Shown here piece by piece: positions 10,338-19,017 of a DNA stretch of 64,000 nt. The DNA lies in the NCBI RefSeq assembly GCF_000006765.1, contig NC_002516.2; one strand, 5' to 3'. Both the position numbers and the translations under genes were made by a program. The stretch is from Pseudomonas aeruginosa PAO1. GTDB taxonomy: Bacteria > Pseudomonadota > Gammaproteobacteria > Pseudomonadales > Pseudomonadaceae. The notes below the pieces were generated by a model, which did not search any database, had not been told where the DNA came from, and was given only the letters and a program-made list of their open reading frames with translations. Position 1 is the stretch's first letter. The number at the start of each line of letters is the position of its first letter.

Positions 10338-10829
10338 ATGACGTCTCATGCCTTTGCTCGCTGGAATCTTCTGCTTCTGGTCGCTTCCATCTTTGCCGGA
10401 CTTGTCTTTGCTCCGAGTGTCGATCTTTCCGCCTTGCCCACTCCTGAAGCCCGGAAGTGGGTTCTGGCGGAAGTTCCGTCCGTTGCGGTTGATACGACGG
10501 TTGCCGGCAAGTTGGCTGGAATGTCGTGGTGGGGGAGAACCGTGGACGAGGAGCGCGAAGCTGAATCGAAGCGGGTTTCGGTGGGCGTGGATGGAGTGGC
10601 GCTAATCAAGGTCGATTGGCTGCTACGCGGCATTGTCCGCGATGAAGGCGGCATCTTCGCCCTTGTTGCCAAAAGCGCCGAGGGACCTCTGCGGCGTTTT
10701 GCGGCGGGCGCCACTCTGCCTGGCGGCGAGCGTCTGGAGAGCATCACTGAACAAGGAATCCGCTTCTCGTTCTCGCAGGACGGGAACACCCAGGGTTTTG
10801 AAAGGAAACTGTATGCACCCTTGCCATAG
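10338..10829 (+). CDS. GspC/XcpP-like type II secretion protein (TM + HR domain, no PDZ)
   Basis: 163 aa; N-terminal hydrophobic anchor; C-terminal WLLRGIV...FALV...G...AGATLPGGERLESITEQGIRF resembles the T2SS-C/PilP HR fold; overlaps the secretin start. Confidence 0.7.
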   Translation: MTSHAFARWNLLLLVASIFAGLVFAPSVDLSALPTPEARKWVLAEVPSVAVDTTVAGKLAGMSWWGRTVDEEREAESKRVSVGVDGVALIKVDWLLRGIVRDEGGIFALVAKSAEGPLRRFAAGATLPGGERLESITEQGIRFSFSQDGNTQGFERKLYAPLP

Positions 10830-13092
10830 GCCGAGCTTTGCCTTCTTGCGCCACCCGTTGTCCATTGTCGTCTGTCTGGCCCTATTGGCAGGTTGCAGTA
10901 CTTCCCCATTGCAGTTTCCCGAACCATTGCTCGCGAAGTCGGAAAAAGCCAAGGCAACCGAGGGCGTAGCCCTGGTGAGCGACGACGGAAAGAAAGCCCC
11001 GGCATCGTTGGCTGTTCCGAAGACGGAGTTCAGTGGCACGCCCACATCGCCTCGGTCGATCGTAGGCGGTGTAGTCGATCGAATGGACAAGGCGATCCTC
11101 GACGACAAGAAGGCTGACATCAGTCTGAACGTGGAGGACGTACAGCTTGCCGCATTCATCAACGAGGTATTCGGCAACATCCTCGGTTTGCCGTTTGAGA
11201 TCGAAAGCGCTCTGAAGGAAAAGACTGATCGCGTGACCGTTCGTTTGGAACAGCCGCAGACTGCACAGATGGTCTACGAAGTCGCGCGCCAGGTGCTCGT
11301 CAACTACGGCGTGGAGATACTCCACCAAGGCGATATCTATCGCTTCCAGATCAAGCAGGTAGGGCTCAGCCCGGACGAGCCGCCCATTCTCATCAGTGGC
11401 GAAGCACGGCCTAGCGTGCCGATTGCCTATCGGCCGGTATTTCAATTCGTGGCGTTGCACAGCGTCGACCCCAAGGATGTGATTCCCTGGTTGAACAGTG
11501 CCTACGAAAAATCCGGCCTGAGCGTGATGGCCGATGGTGCGCGGAGTGGCTTGATGCTCAAGGGCATGTCTTCCATCGTCAACCAGGCCACCGAAGCCGT
11601 CCGCCTTCTCGATCAACCTTTCATGCGTGGACGTCACAGCCTGCGTATCGACCCGGCCTTCGTCAGTGCTGCCGACATGGCCAGTCAACTCAAGACCGTG
11701 ATTGCGGCGCAAGGCTACAGCGTCGGTATCGGCGAAGCGGTCGGCAGTATAATGCTGGTACCGCTGGAAAGTTCCAATGGCCTCATTGTCTTCGCCAACG
11801 ATGGCCAACTTCTCGACTTGGTGCGCGAGTGGGCGCAGCAGGTCGACAGGGCTCCGATGGCGGTTGCCGCAGGTATCGGCGAGGAGAAGGAAGGACTGTT
11901 CTTCTACGAAGCTCGCAATACCCGTGTCACCGAACTGGCCAAGTCGTTGCGGGCATTGGTATCGGGGTTCGCCGGGGAGGGTGCCTACGGGATCACCTCC
12001 GGACTGCAAAGCAGCGCTTCCAAGCGATCTGGCGGTGGCAGGCGCGCCGGAGACGATGGTGCGGCACCGGCGGTGGCTCCCTTGCTGCAAGCCGCAGGTG
12101 CCGCCGCGTTGGTGGGGGGCGACGGTGCTAACGGTTTGCTCGGTGGCTTGGCGGCCGGTATCAGCGGCAGCGGCACCATAGTGGAGGACGAGAATCGAAA
12201 CGCCATCTTGTTCCGAGGAGCGGCGCGTACCTGGCAGCAGATGCAGGGCTTGCTCCGGGAAATGGACAAGCCGGCCCGCCAGGTATTGATCGAGGTGACG
12301 GTGGCCAGCGTAAGTCTCAGCGACACCCAGGAGTTGGGCGTGGAGTGGGAGATGCTCAACGGCAGCTTCAATAGCGCGACCTCGACCGGAAGCAAGGGCA
12401 GCGCCGGGAAAGGAGGCTTCAACTACGTCATCAACACCGCCGGAGGCAATACCGCAGCCATCCAGGCAATGGCGGACAATCAACGAGTCCGGGTACTCGC
12501 CACTCCCCGTATCTTGGTCAAGAGCGGCGAGCAGGCCAACATCAATGTCGGTCGGGATATTCCTATCCCAACGGCCCAGGTCAATGACGACAGCACCACT
12601 GCTGGAAGCACCAACCTGCGCAATGAAATTGCCTACCGCTCTACCGGCACAATTCTGAATGTCGCCCCCGTAGTCTACTCGGATAGTCGGGTCGATCTTA
12701 CGGTCAGCCAGGAGTTGAGCGACAGTGGCGGTTCTTCCGGCGGCGGTGGCAAGGCCAGTGGTGGAGGAATCAGCGCTCCGGAGATTTCCAGGACGTCGCT
12801 GGAAACATCGCTTACGTTGAAAAGCGGTGGGTCGGTGCTGATGGGGGGGCTGATTCGGGACAACATAACGGACTCCAACGCTGGCGTGCCTCTCCTGAAG
12901 GACATTCCCGGGATCGGTTTCCTCTTCGGACGCCAGAAAGCCGTGAAGACCCGTGAAGAAGTCATCATGTTGATCCAGCCTTACGTGCTGGAAAGTGATG
13001 CCGATGCCAGGGAAGTGACGGAAAAGCTGCACGCCATGCTGAGCAAGACACTGGCCTGCTCCGATAGACCGGGCGCCTGCCGTATGGAATGA
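10813..13092 (+). CDS. xqhB: Type II secretion secretin (GspD family), lipoprotein type (PA1382-like; name xqhB recalled, not verified)
   Basis: 759 aa from ATG 10813 (AGGA RBS); lipobox LLAGC; N0-N3 domains; secretin core LDKPARQVLIEV-like, ATPRILVKSGEQA, GTILNVAP, LKSGGSVLMGGLI, VPLLKDIPGIGFLF. Confidence 0.93.
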   Translation: MHPCHRPSFAFLRHPLSIVVCLALLAGCSTSPLQFPEPLLAKSEKAKATEGVALVSDDGKKAPASLAVPKTEFSGTPTSPRSIVGGVVDRMDKAILDDKKADISLNVEDVQLAAFINEVFGNILGLPFEIESALKEKTDRVTVRLEQPQTAQMVYEVARQVLVNYGVEILHQGDIYRFQIKQVGLSPDEPPILISGEARPSVPIAYRPVFQFVALHSVDPKDVIPWLNSAYEKSGLSVMADGARSGLMLKGMSSIVNQATEAVRLLDQPFMRGRHSLRIDPAFVSAADMASQLKTVIAAQGYSVGIGEAVGSIMLVPLESSNGLIVFANDGQLLDLVREWAQQVDRAPMAVAAGIGEEKEGLFFYEARNTRVTELAKSLRALVSGFAGEGAYGITSGLQSSASKRSGGGRRAGDDGAAPAVAPLLQAAGAAALVGGDGANGLLGGLAAGISGSGTIVEDENRNAILFRGAARTWQQMQGLLREMDKPARQVLIEVTVASVSLSDTQELGVEWEMLNGSFNSATSTGSKGSAGKGGFNYVINTAGGNTAAIQAMADNQRVRVLATPRILVKSGEQANINVGRDIPIPTAQVNDDSTTAGSTNLRNEIAYRSTGTILNVAPVVYSDSRVDLTVSQELSDSGGSSGGGGKASGGGISAPEISRTSLETSLTLKSGGSVLMGGLIRDNITDSNAGVPLLKDIPGIGFLFGRQKAVKTREEVIMLIQPYVLESDADAREVTEKLHAMLSKTLACSDRPGACRME

Positions 13093-13377
13093 GGTCGGTC
13101 GCCTGCAACACTCATCTAGACGACTCTCGTCGTGCTTCCCGATAGGCCTGGAACTTTCCGGGCCGTATCCATCCATAAAAATCTATTGCGAATCTTCTTT
13201 CTAAATGCTCAGAAGTAGCCTTTTACTTCTGGGTGTGACCCGGTTTTTAGAAACGTTTGTTCGTGATCGCTTGGATATTCTTAAGAATTTTCTCTATTTT
13301 ACAGTTTTTATTTTTACCTTCTTCCGTAGGAAAATTCATTTATTAAATGGGAAGAGGTGAAAACGCACTTTTTGCTA

Positions 13378-13406
13378 TTGCTGAGGTGCTTTGGCAATTA
13401 TATAAA
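13378..13406 (+). promoter_or_regulatory. Sigma70-type promoter of the exported protein gene
   Basis: TTGCTG (13378-83), 17-bp spacer, TATAAA (13401-06), preceded by a very AT-rich tract; about 200 nt upstream of ATG 13611. Confidence 0.6.
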
Positions 13407-13610
13407 GCCATCCGTTGGTGCCTGTGTGGCCACTTCATGTAGTGGCTGGGCGTCAATTCGATCGGTGTCACCGGAATGATTGGAAGTATTCATGGTGTCA
13501 GGCCTGTCGATGTGTTGGTTGATTACCGATACATGATCATTAGCGTGTCGTCCAAAGATGGACACTTGACTGGAATGCTCAATATAAACGCTTCAAGGAG
13601 TTATTTTCTC

Positions 13611-15416
13611 ATGCTCAAAAGAACACTACTCAGCGCCGCTGTAGCTTCGGCACTGTTTGCTGGAGTCGCGAACGCTGCCGGAGTGGTTGCTATTGCCACA
13701 AGCCCCACTCTGGAGGCGAACTCGCCTGGTGCAACCGAGCAGTACGGACCAGGACAGGCCAACTATGTCGTCGGCAAGAGTGTGGAAAATGGTGCCAACC
13801 TCGACAGCAAGGCGGCCAACATCACCCTGGCTCAGGAGATTTTCGGCAACAAGTCCGAAGAAACTACCTTTGACCTACCCAGCGTTACCTACACCATCGA
13901 TCCAGTGAAGGCTGGAAATGCCGCTGCGGGCCACACCATCAAGCTGACCCTTGGTCGTACCGTCGTGCGCTTCGCCAAGGCCGTGACCGCCAACCAGATC
14001 AAGATCGGCGCCCTGGCGGCGGGTAGCGGCTTCGTCATCACCAGCGGCACTGGCGCCACTGACAACACGCTTGAGCTGCGCCTCGACCAGGCGGGTGCCG
14101 ACATGATCAAGCAGACCGCGACCGGCGGCAACGTGGTGTTCTTCAACTTCCGCGAGCCGAGCAGCCAGGACAGCCAGCCTGCCAAGGTCACCAACATGCG
14201 CGCTCCGCTTCAGGGCGATGCCACCTTCGTGGCTGGAAGCTGGAATCCGAAAGTGAGCCTGCAGAACGACCCGCTGAACGAATTGCGTTTCCAGGTCACG
14301 GTTTCCGCCCAGTTCGATACCACCACTGGCGCCGATGCCGGCAACCCTGCGAATAACGATTCTGCACCGCCCCTGACCATTTTCACTTCGCTGCCCGCGG
14401 TTTACTGGGACGTTCTCAACACCAACCAGTATGGGCAGAATCGCGTCCTGCATCCGTTGAACCTGAACAATCAGGATCGCTCCTTCGATACCACGGTGTC
14501 CGTCGGTGGCGATAACACCGATTATTATGGTGCCAACTATGCGCGTCTGGGCGCCGTACGGCTCGGCATCAATACGGATGTGCTCAACGAAGCGGGTCGA
14601 ACCGTGTTTGGTTTCGCCGGTGGCGACAAGGTGACCAGCACCCTGTCGGGTAACTTCAACGGGATCAGCGACATCGGCCTGACCACCGGGAACTGCTCCG
14701 CCTTTGCCGCCAATCCGGGGTCTGCCGCCAAGCTCTGGAATTCTGCCGCCATCGAAGGTGTAGTGGATGCGCAGGGCAACGGTACTTTGCCGGTATCGTT
14801 CGACAACTCGAATATCAACCAGACCTACAACGTCTGCGTGAAGGCTTCCGGCACCGTGCCGATGCAGGCGCTGCAACGTTTCGACGTGGGTGATCTGAAG
14901 GTCGACTTCGAGAACGTACGCTATGTCGACCGTACCATTGCAGGCAACCGTCTCGACGAGTTCTGGAAGAACAGTTGCGTCGCCAGTCTGTTCAATCTGC
15001 CTGGCTCCAATGTTTCCGACCAGTTCTTCATTCGTCTGACCAACACCAGCGACGATGGTCGGGACGGCAAGGTGCGCGGGGTACTGTTCGACCAGAACGG
15101 TAAGCGTTATCCGGCGACTGGCAGCACCTACCTGACCGACTCGAGCGGGAAGACCGCCCTGAAAGCGCACGAAACCGGTGTGTACACCGTAACCGAAGTA
15201 GCCAAGGCCTTCGGTATCGACGGCACCAACTGGAACGGTGCCAACGGTCGCGCACGTCTGGTCCTGGAAGGCGAGTTCCCAACCTGCGAGGCGCTCGGCC
15301 TGATCCGCTCTGCCAATGGCACCATCACCAACATGACCTCCACCACCCAAGGCAACTTCAACGAAGATGGCTCGTCCACCTCGGAGAACCACAAGGCTGG
15401 TAACAACCGCAACTAA
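13611..15416 (+). CDS. Sec-exported surface protein, candidate S-layer protein (PA1383-like)
   Basis: 601 aa from ATG 13611 (AAGGAG RBS); signal peptide MLKRTLLSAAVASALFAGVANA; rich in A/G/T/N/V/S; no enzyme motif recognised; sits directly behind a secretin. Confidence 0.85.
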   Translation: MLKRTLLSAAVASALFAGVANAAGVVAIATSPTLEANSPGATEQYGPGQANYVVGKSVENGANLDSKAANITLAQEIFGNKSEETTFDLPSVTYTIDPVKAGNAAAGHTIKLTLGRTVVRFAKAVTANQIKIGALAAGSGFVITSGTGATDNTLELRLDQAGADMIKQTATGGNVVFFNFREPSSQDSQPAKVTNMRAPLQGDATFVAGSWNPKVSLQNDPLNELRFQVTVSAQFDTTTGADAGNPANNDSAPPLTIFTSLPAVYWDVLNTNQYGQNRVLHPLNLNNQDRSFDTTVSVGGDNTDYYGANYARLGAVRLGINTDVLNEAGRTVFGFAGGDKVTSTLSGNFNGISDIGLTTGNCSAFAANPGSAAKLWNSAAIEGVVDAQGNGTLPVSFDNSNINQTYNVCVKASGTVPMQALQRFDVGDLKVDFENVRYVDRTIAGNRLDEFWKNSCVASLFNLPGSNVSDQFFIRLTNTSDDGRDGKVRGVLFDQNGKRYPATGSTYLTDSSGKTALKAHETGVYTVTEVAKAFGIDGTNWNGANGRARLVLEGEFPTCEALGLIRSANGTITNMTSTTQGNFNEDGSSTSENHKAGNNRN

Positions 15417-15439
15417 GTAAGTCGCTTTAGCTGCAGGCC

Positions 15440-15471
15440 AAAGGAGGCGATCTCCTCGATCGCCTCCTTTT
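15440..15471 (+). terminator. Rho-independent terminator
   Basis: Perfect 13-bp stem AAAGGAGGCGATC / GATCGCCTCCTTT, loop TCCTC, ending in TTTT; 23 nt after the stop. Confidence 0.88.
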
Positions 15472-15567
15472 CCACTGGGTAAGTAGAAAGAGAGTGCGTT
15501 ACAGACGGGCTCGATGGGAGTTCTTACCCCTGAAAACCCAGCTCTGTACGTATCAAGGTGAGGCGAG

Positions 15568-16581
15568 ATGCGCGTATTGGTCACAGGAGGTGCAGGATTC
15601 ATTGGCTCTCATGTGTTGGTCGAACTCTTAGGCCAAGGCGCCAAGGTTGTGGTTCTGGATAATCTTGTCAACGGTTCTTCGGAATCTCTAAAGCGAGTGG
15701 AAAGAATAACCGGGCATCCGGTTGGCTTCGTACTGGGAGATGTTAGAGACAGTCTTCTTGTTGAGCGCCTGCTGATCGATGAGAAGGTTGATGCGGTCAT
15801 TCATCTGGCAGGGTTGAAAGCTGTTGGAGAAAGCGTTGATGACCCGCTGGAGTATTACGAGAGCAACGTTCAGGGAACTATTTCGCTGCTACGCGCCATG
15901 CAGAGGGTCGGGGTATTCAAGATTGTCTTCAGTTCTTCCGCAACGATCTATCAGATGCCTGGCACCTTGCCTATATCCGAGAGTTCGAAAGTGGGAGGCG
16001 TGGCCAGTCCCTATGGCCGGACAAAACTGACTGCCGAGCACATGCTCGATGACCTGGCTCGCTCCGATACGCGTTGGTCCATCGCGGTGCTCAGATACTT
16101 CAACCCCATCGGTGCTCATGAAAGCGGCCTCATTGGTGAGGACCCATGCGGTACCCCAAACAATCTTCTGCCCTATATCGCCCAGGTTGCAGTCGGACGT
16201 TTGAGTCGGTTGACGGTACATGGCGGCGACTATCCGACTATCGACGGGACGGGAGTCCGGGACTACATCCATGTTTGCGACCTGGCAGCAGGACATACCA
16301 GGGCGCTCGAATACCTGGGGCAGGGGCACGGCTACCACGTCTGGAATCTTGGGACGGGCACCGGCTATTCGGTCTTGCAGGTCATCGAAGCTTTCGAGCG
16401 AGTCTCTGGCAGGCGCATTCCCTTTACGGTGTCCGGTCGCCGCCCAGGCGATGTGGCTGAGTGCTGGGCGGATGTTTCCAAGGCGGAGCGAGAGTTGGGC
16501 TGGAAGGCGGGGCTGGGCCTCGAATGCATGATTGCGGATGCCTGGCGCTGGCAGGTTTCCAATCCGAGTGGGTATTCATGA
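15568..16581 (+). CDS. galE: UDP-glucose/GlcNAc 4-epimerase
   Basis: 337 aa; TGGAGFIG, HLAGLKAVGES, SSSATIY, YGRTK, LRYFNPIGAH, GTGVRDYIHV. Confidence 0.95.
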   Translation: MRVLVTGGAGFIGSHVLVELLGQGAKVVVLDNLVNGSSESLKRVERITGHPVGFVLGDVRDSLLVERLLIDEKVDAVIHLAGLKAVGESVDDPLEYYESNVQGTISLLRAMQRVGVFKIVFSSSATIYQMPGTLPISESSKVGGVASPYGRTKLTAEHMLDDLARSDTRWSIAVLRYFNPIGAHESGLIGEDPCGTPNNLLPYIAQVAVGRLSRLTVHGGDYPTIDGTGVRDYIHVCDLAAGHTRALEYLGQGHGYHVWNLGTGTGYSVLQVIEAFERVSGRRIPFTVSGRRPGDVAECWADVSKAERELGWKAGLGLECMIADAWRWQVSNPSGYS

Positions 16582-17729
16582 ATCACGCCGCTGTTGTCGA
16601 TGGGTTGCCTTTTAGCAACCTTGCGCTGATCTCCAATCAGGCTTTTTCAATCTACAATTTTCGTGGCGATTTCATTCGAGAGGTCGTACGTCGAGGAGCG
16701 AAGGTCTACGCTTTCGCTCCAGACTATGACGAGGTGACAAGCCGTCAAGTTTCGGAGCTTGGAGCAATTCCGGTTTCCTACAGCTTGAAACGTGCGGGCA
16801 TGAATCCCTTTCAGGAGTTGCACGCACTCCTGAGTCTGATCTGCAAGCTGCGGGCGCTGAAGATCGATGCCGTGTTCAGTTACTTTATAAAGCCCGTTAT
16901 CTACGGTGGTATCGCGGCTTTTTTGACGGGCGTCAGATTACGCTATTCGATGATCGAAGGCGCTGGTTTCATCTATTCGGAAGAAGGCTATACCCATTTT
17001 CTACGGAAGCTGCTTAGGCATGTCGTGACCTGTTCGATCAGGTTGGTCCTTCGGTTCTCGTCTCGTGTATTTCTTCTCAATCAGGATGACTATGACCTGT
17101 TTGTGAGCCCTCGGCTGGCCAAGACGGGACGTGCCTTGATATTGCCGGGTATAGGCGTCGATCTTGATTATTTTGCCGCGAGTTCTCCCGTGTTGCGGCC
17201 TATTACTTTCGTGTTTGTCGCTCGTCTTCTCAAGGAGAAAGGTATCTATGATTTTGTGGAAGCCGCGAGAATCGTTAGAAAACGTAGTCCGCTCGCGCGT
17301 TTTCTGGTCTTGGGAGGCGTCGACAGTAATCCAGGAAAGGTTTCACGGGAGGAAATGAACCAGTGGGTAGCCGAAGGCTTGTTGGAGTGGCCTGGCCATG
17401 TGCATGACATCAAGGCATGGGTGGCCAATACGAGTGTATTCGTGCTGCCCTCCTATTATAGAGAAGGTGTGCCGAGAAGTAGTCAGGAGGCCATGTCCCT
17501 GGGGAAGCCTGTGATAACGACTGACTGGACGGGATGTCGTGAAACGGTACTGGATGGTTTCAATGGATTTCTGGTACCGATCAAGAGTCCGCAGAGTTTA
17601 GCCGCGGCAATGTTGAAGTTCATCGAGTCGCCTTCGCTCATCGCACGTATGGGAGAAGCCAGTAGATCGCTGGCGGAACAGCGTTATGACGTTTTCAGGA
17701 TAAACAATACGATGCTTTCTGCGTTGTAG
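16578..17729 (+). CDS. GT4 glycosyltransferase (CapM/WbpU-like)
   Basis: 383 aa; ATGA overlap with galE; GIGVD, FVARLLKEKGI, EX7E motif REGVPRSSQEAM. Confidence 0.92.
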   Translation: MNHAAVVDGLPFSNLALISNQAFSIYNFRGDFIREVVRRGAKVYAFAPDYDEVTSRQVSELGAIPVSYSLKRAGMNPFQELHALLSLICKLRALKIDAVFSYFIKPVIYGGIAAFLTGVRLRYSMIEGAGFIYSEEGYTHFLRKLLRHVVTCSIRLVLRFSSRVFLLNQDDYDLFVSPRLAKTGRALILPGIGVDLDYFAASSPVLRPITFVFVARLLKEKGIYDFVEAARIVRKRSPLARFLVLGGVDSNPGKVSREEMNQWVAEGLLEWPGHVHDIKAWVANTSVFVLPSYYREGVPRSSQEAMSLGKPVITTDWTGCRETVLDGFNGFLVPIKSPQSLAAAMLKFIESPSLIARMGEASRSLAEQRYDVFRINNTMLSAL

Positions 17730-17748
17730 GGATCTGGCTGTGAGTTGT

Positions 17749-19017
17749 ATGAAGGGTAATGCGCCGGTACTTGCGGCCGTAGATATAAGCAAGGGTTTTA
17801 GAGTCTACAGGGCTCCTCATCAAAGGATGTTGCAGGCCATCTGGGGTGAGAGAAAGAAATTTTATTCGGAATTCTGGGCTCTGCGGAATGTGAGTTTCCA
17901 GGTTTTTCCTGGGGAGGTTGTTGGAGTAATCGGCTGCAACGGCTCCGGGAAGTCCACCTTGCTGCAGATACTTGCGGGTACCTTGCGCCCTACGAGTGGA
18001 CAGGTGGTTCGCCCAGAAAGGGTAGCGGCATTGTTGGAGCTGGGGGCCGGTTTCAACATGGAGTACACCGGCAGGGAAAACATAATCTTCAATGCCATGC
18101 TTCTTGGATTGGGCGAGCAGGAGATTTCTGAACGCCTCGACGAGATAATCCAGTTTGCCGATATCGGTGAGTTCATCGATCGTCCGGTTAGAACATATTC
18201 GAGCGGTATGTTCGTGCGTTTGGCTTTCTCCATTGCGGCATATGTCGATGCCGATGTGCTGATCGTGGACGAGGCCCTGGCGGTAGGTGACGCCGCGTTT
18301 CAGTTCAAATGCCTGAACCGGCTTGAAGAACTGCTGCTGAAAGGCATCACCATCCTGCTGGTCTCCCACGATATACAGTTGATCAAGAGTTATTGTAGTC
18401 GAGCGATCTATCTATCCAAAGGTAGAGTGATATTCGATGGCGACTGTGAAACAGCCACGGAACTCTATCTGCGGGACAGTATAGAGACACAGCGGGCGGA
18501 AGTCCGCTCAGGAAGCCTGATCGCTTCTGGCGAACACGGGAACTCGGTAATTGCATATGGAAATGGGCAGGGCAGGTTTCTATCCATCCGTATGGGTGTA
18601 CTTGACGAAGCCCGGGATTACTTCGATTCGGGCGAACGTGTCTGGGTCGAGGTACTTGTGCAATTTGACCTACCCGTCCCGGAGCACCCAAAAATCACCC
18701 TGACTATCCGTGACCAGCGCGGTTACAACCTCTATGGCATAAACAATTTATTGCTGGGCAAGGCTCTGAATGTCGAGCCTGACGGGCGCTTGAGAACACG
18801 TATCAGCTTCGACTGCGACTTGCAGGCTGGCGAATACGCCTTGACGTTTCGTCTGGAGAACTCTTTGTCGGAGTCCGTTTGCGAACTCATGGATAAAAAG
18901 GTCAATGCGGCGATATTCAGGGTCTTCAATTCGCCCAAGTGCTTCGATGCAGTGGTGAATCTGCATGGAGCATTCGAGCCGGTTCCGTTCTGCTGCGAGA
19001 CCCGGGCTACCCAATGA
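17749..19017 (+). CDS. wzt: Polysaccharide ABC exporter ATPase with C-terminal Wzt_C carbohydrate-binding domain
   Basis: 422 aa; FWALRNVSF, GCNGSGKST, YSSGMFVRLAF, LIVDEALAVGD, VSHD; about 170-aa C-terminal extension (F.SGE...V.V...ITLTIRDQRG...GEYALT). Confidence 0.92.
   Translation: MKGNAPVLAAVDISKGFRVYRAPHQRMLQAIWGERKKFYSEFWALRNVSFQVFPGEVVGVIGCNGSGKSTLLQILAGTLRPTSGQVVRPERVAALLELGAGFNMEYTGRENIIFNAMLLGLGEQEISERLDEIIQFADIGEFIDRPVRTYSSGMFVRLAFSIAAYVDADVLIVDEALAVGDAAFQFKCLNRLEELLLKGITILLVSHDIQLIKSYCSRAIYLSKGRVIFDGDCETATELYLRDSIETQRAEVRSGSLIASGEHGNSVIAYGNGQGRFLSIRMGVLDEARDYFDSGERVWVEVLVQFDLPVPEHPKITLTIRDQRGYNLYGINNLLLGKALNVEPDGRLRTRISFDCDLQAGEYALTFRLENSLSESVCELMDKKVNAAIFRVFNSPKCFDAVVNLHGAFEPVPFCCETRATQ

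Noticed and set aside
10213-10341. Open frame ending in a TGA that overlaps the gspC-like ATG (ATGA), possibly the 3' remnant of a lost T2SS gene
   Set aside because: Only 42 codons, no start and no recognisable motif; cannot be supported without a homology search.
10633-10812. Longer N-termini given by the ORF track (secretin from 10633; also 13476, 18939, 3583, 7816, 30930)
   Set aside because: Downstream starts have RBSs, signal peptides or stop/start overlaps and match family lengths; the extensions overlap other genes or promoters.
13611-13700. Exported protein as a type IV pilin/pseudopilin or pilin-glycosylation target
   Set aside because: It has a class I signal peptide (A-N-A cleavage), no G|FTLIE prepilin motif, and is far larger than a pilin.
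15472-15567. JUMPstart/ops antitermination element ahead of the glycan operon
   Set aside because: No GGCGGTAG-type core was found here or upstream of the other island genes.
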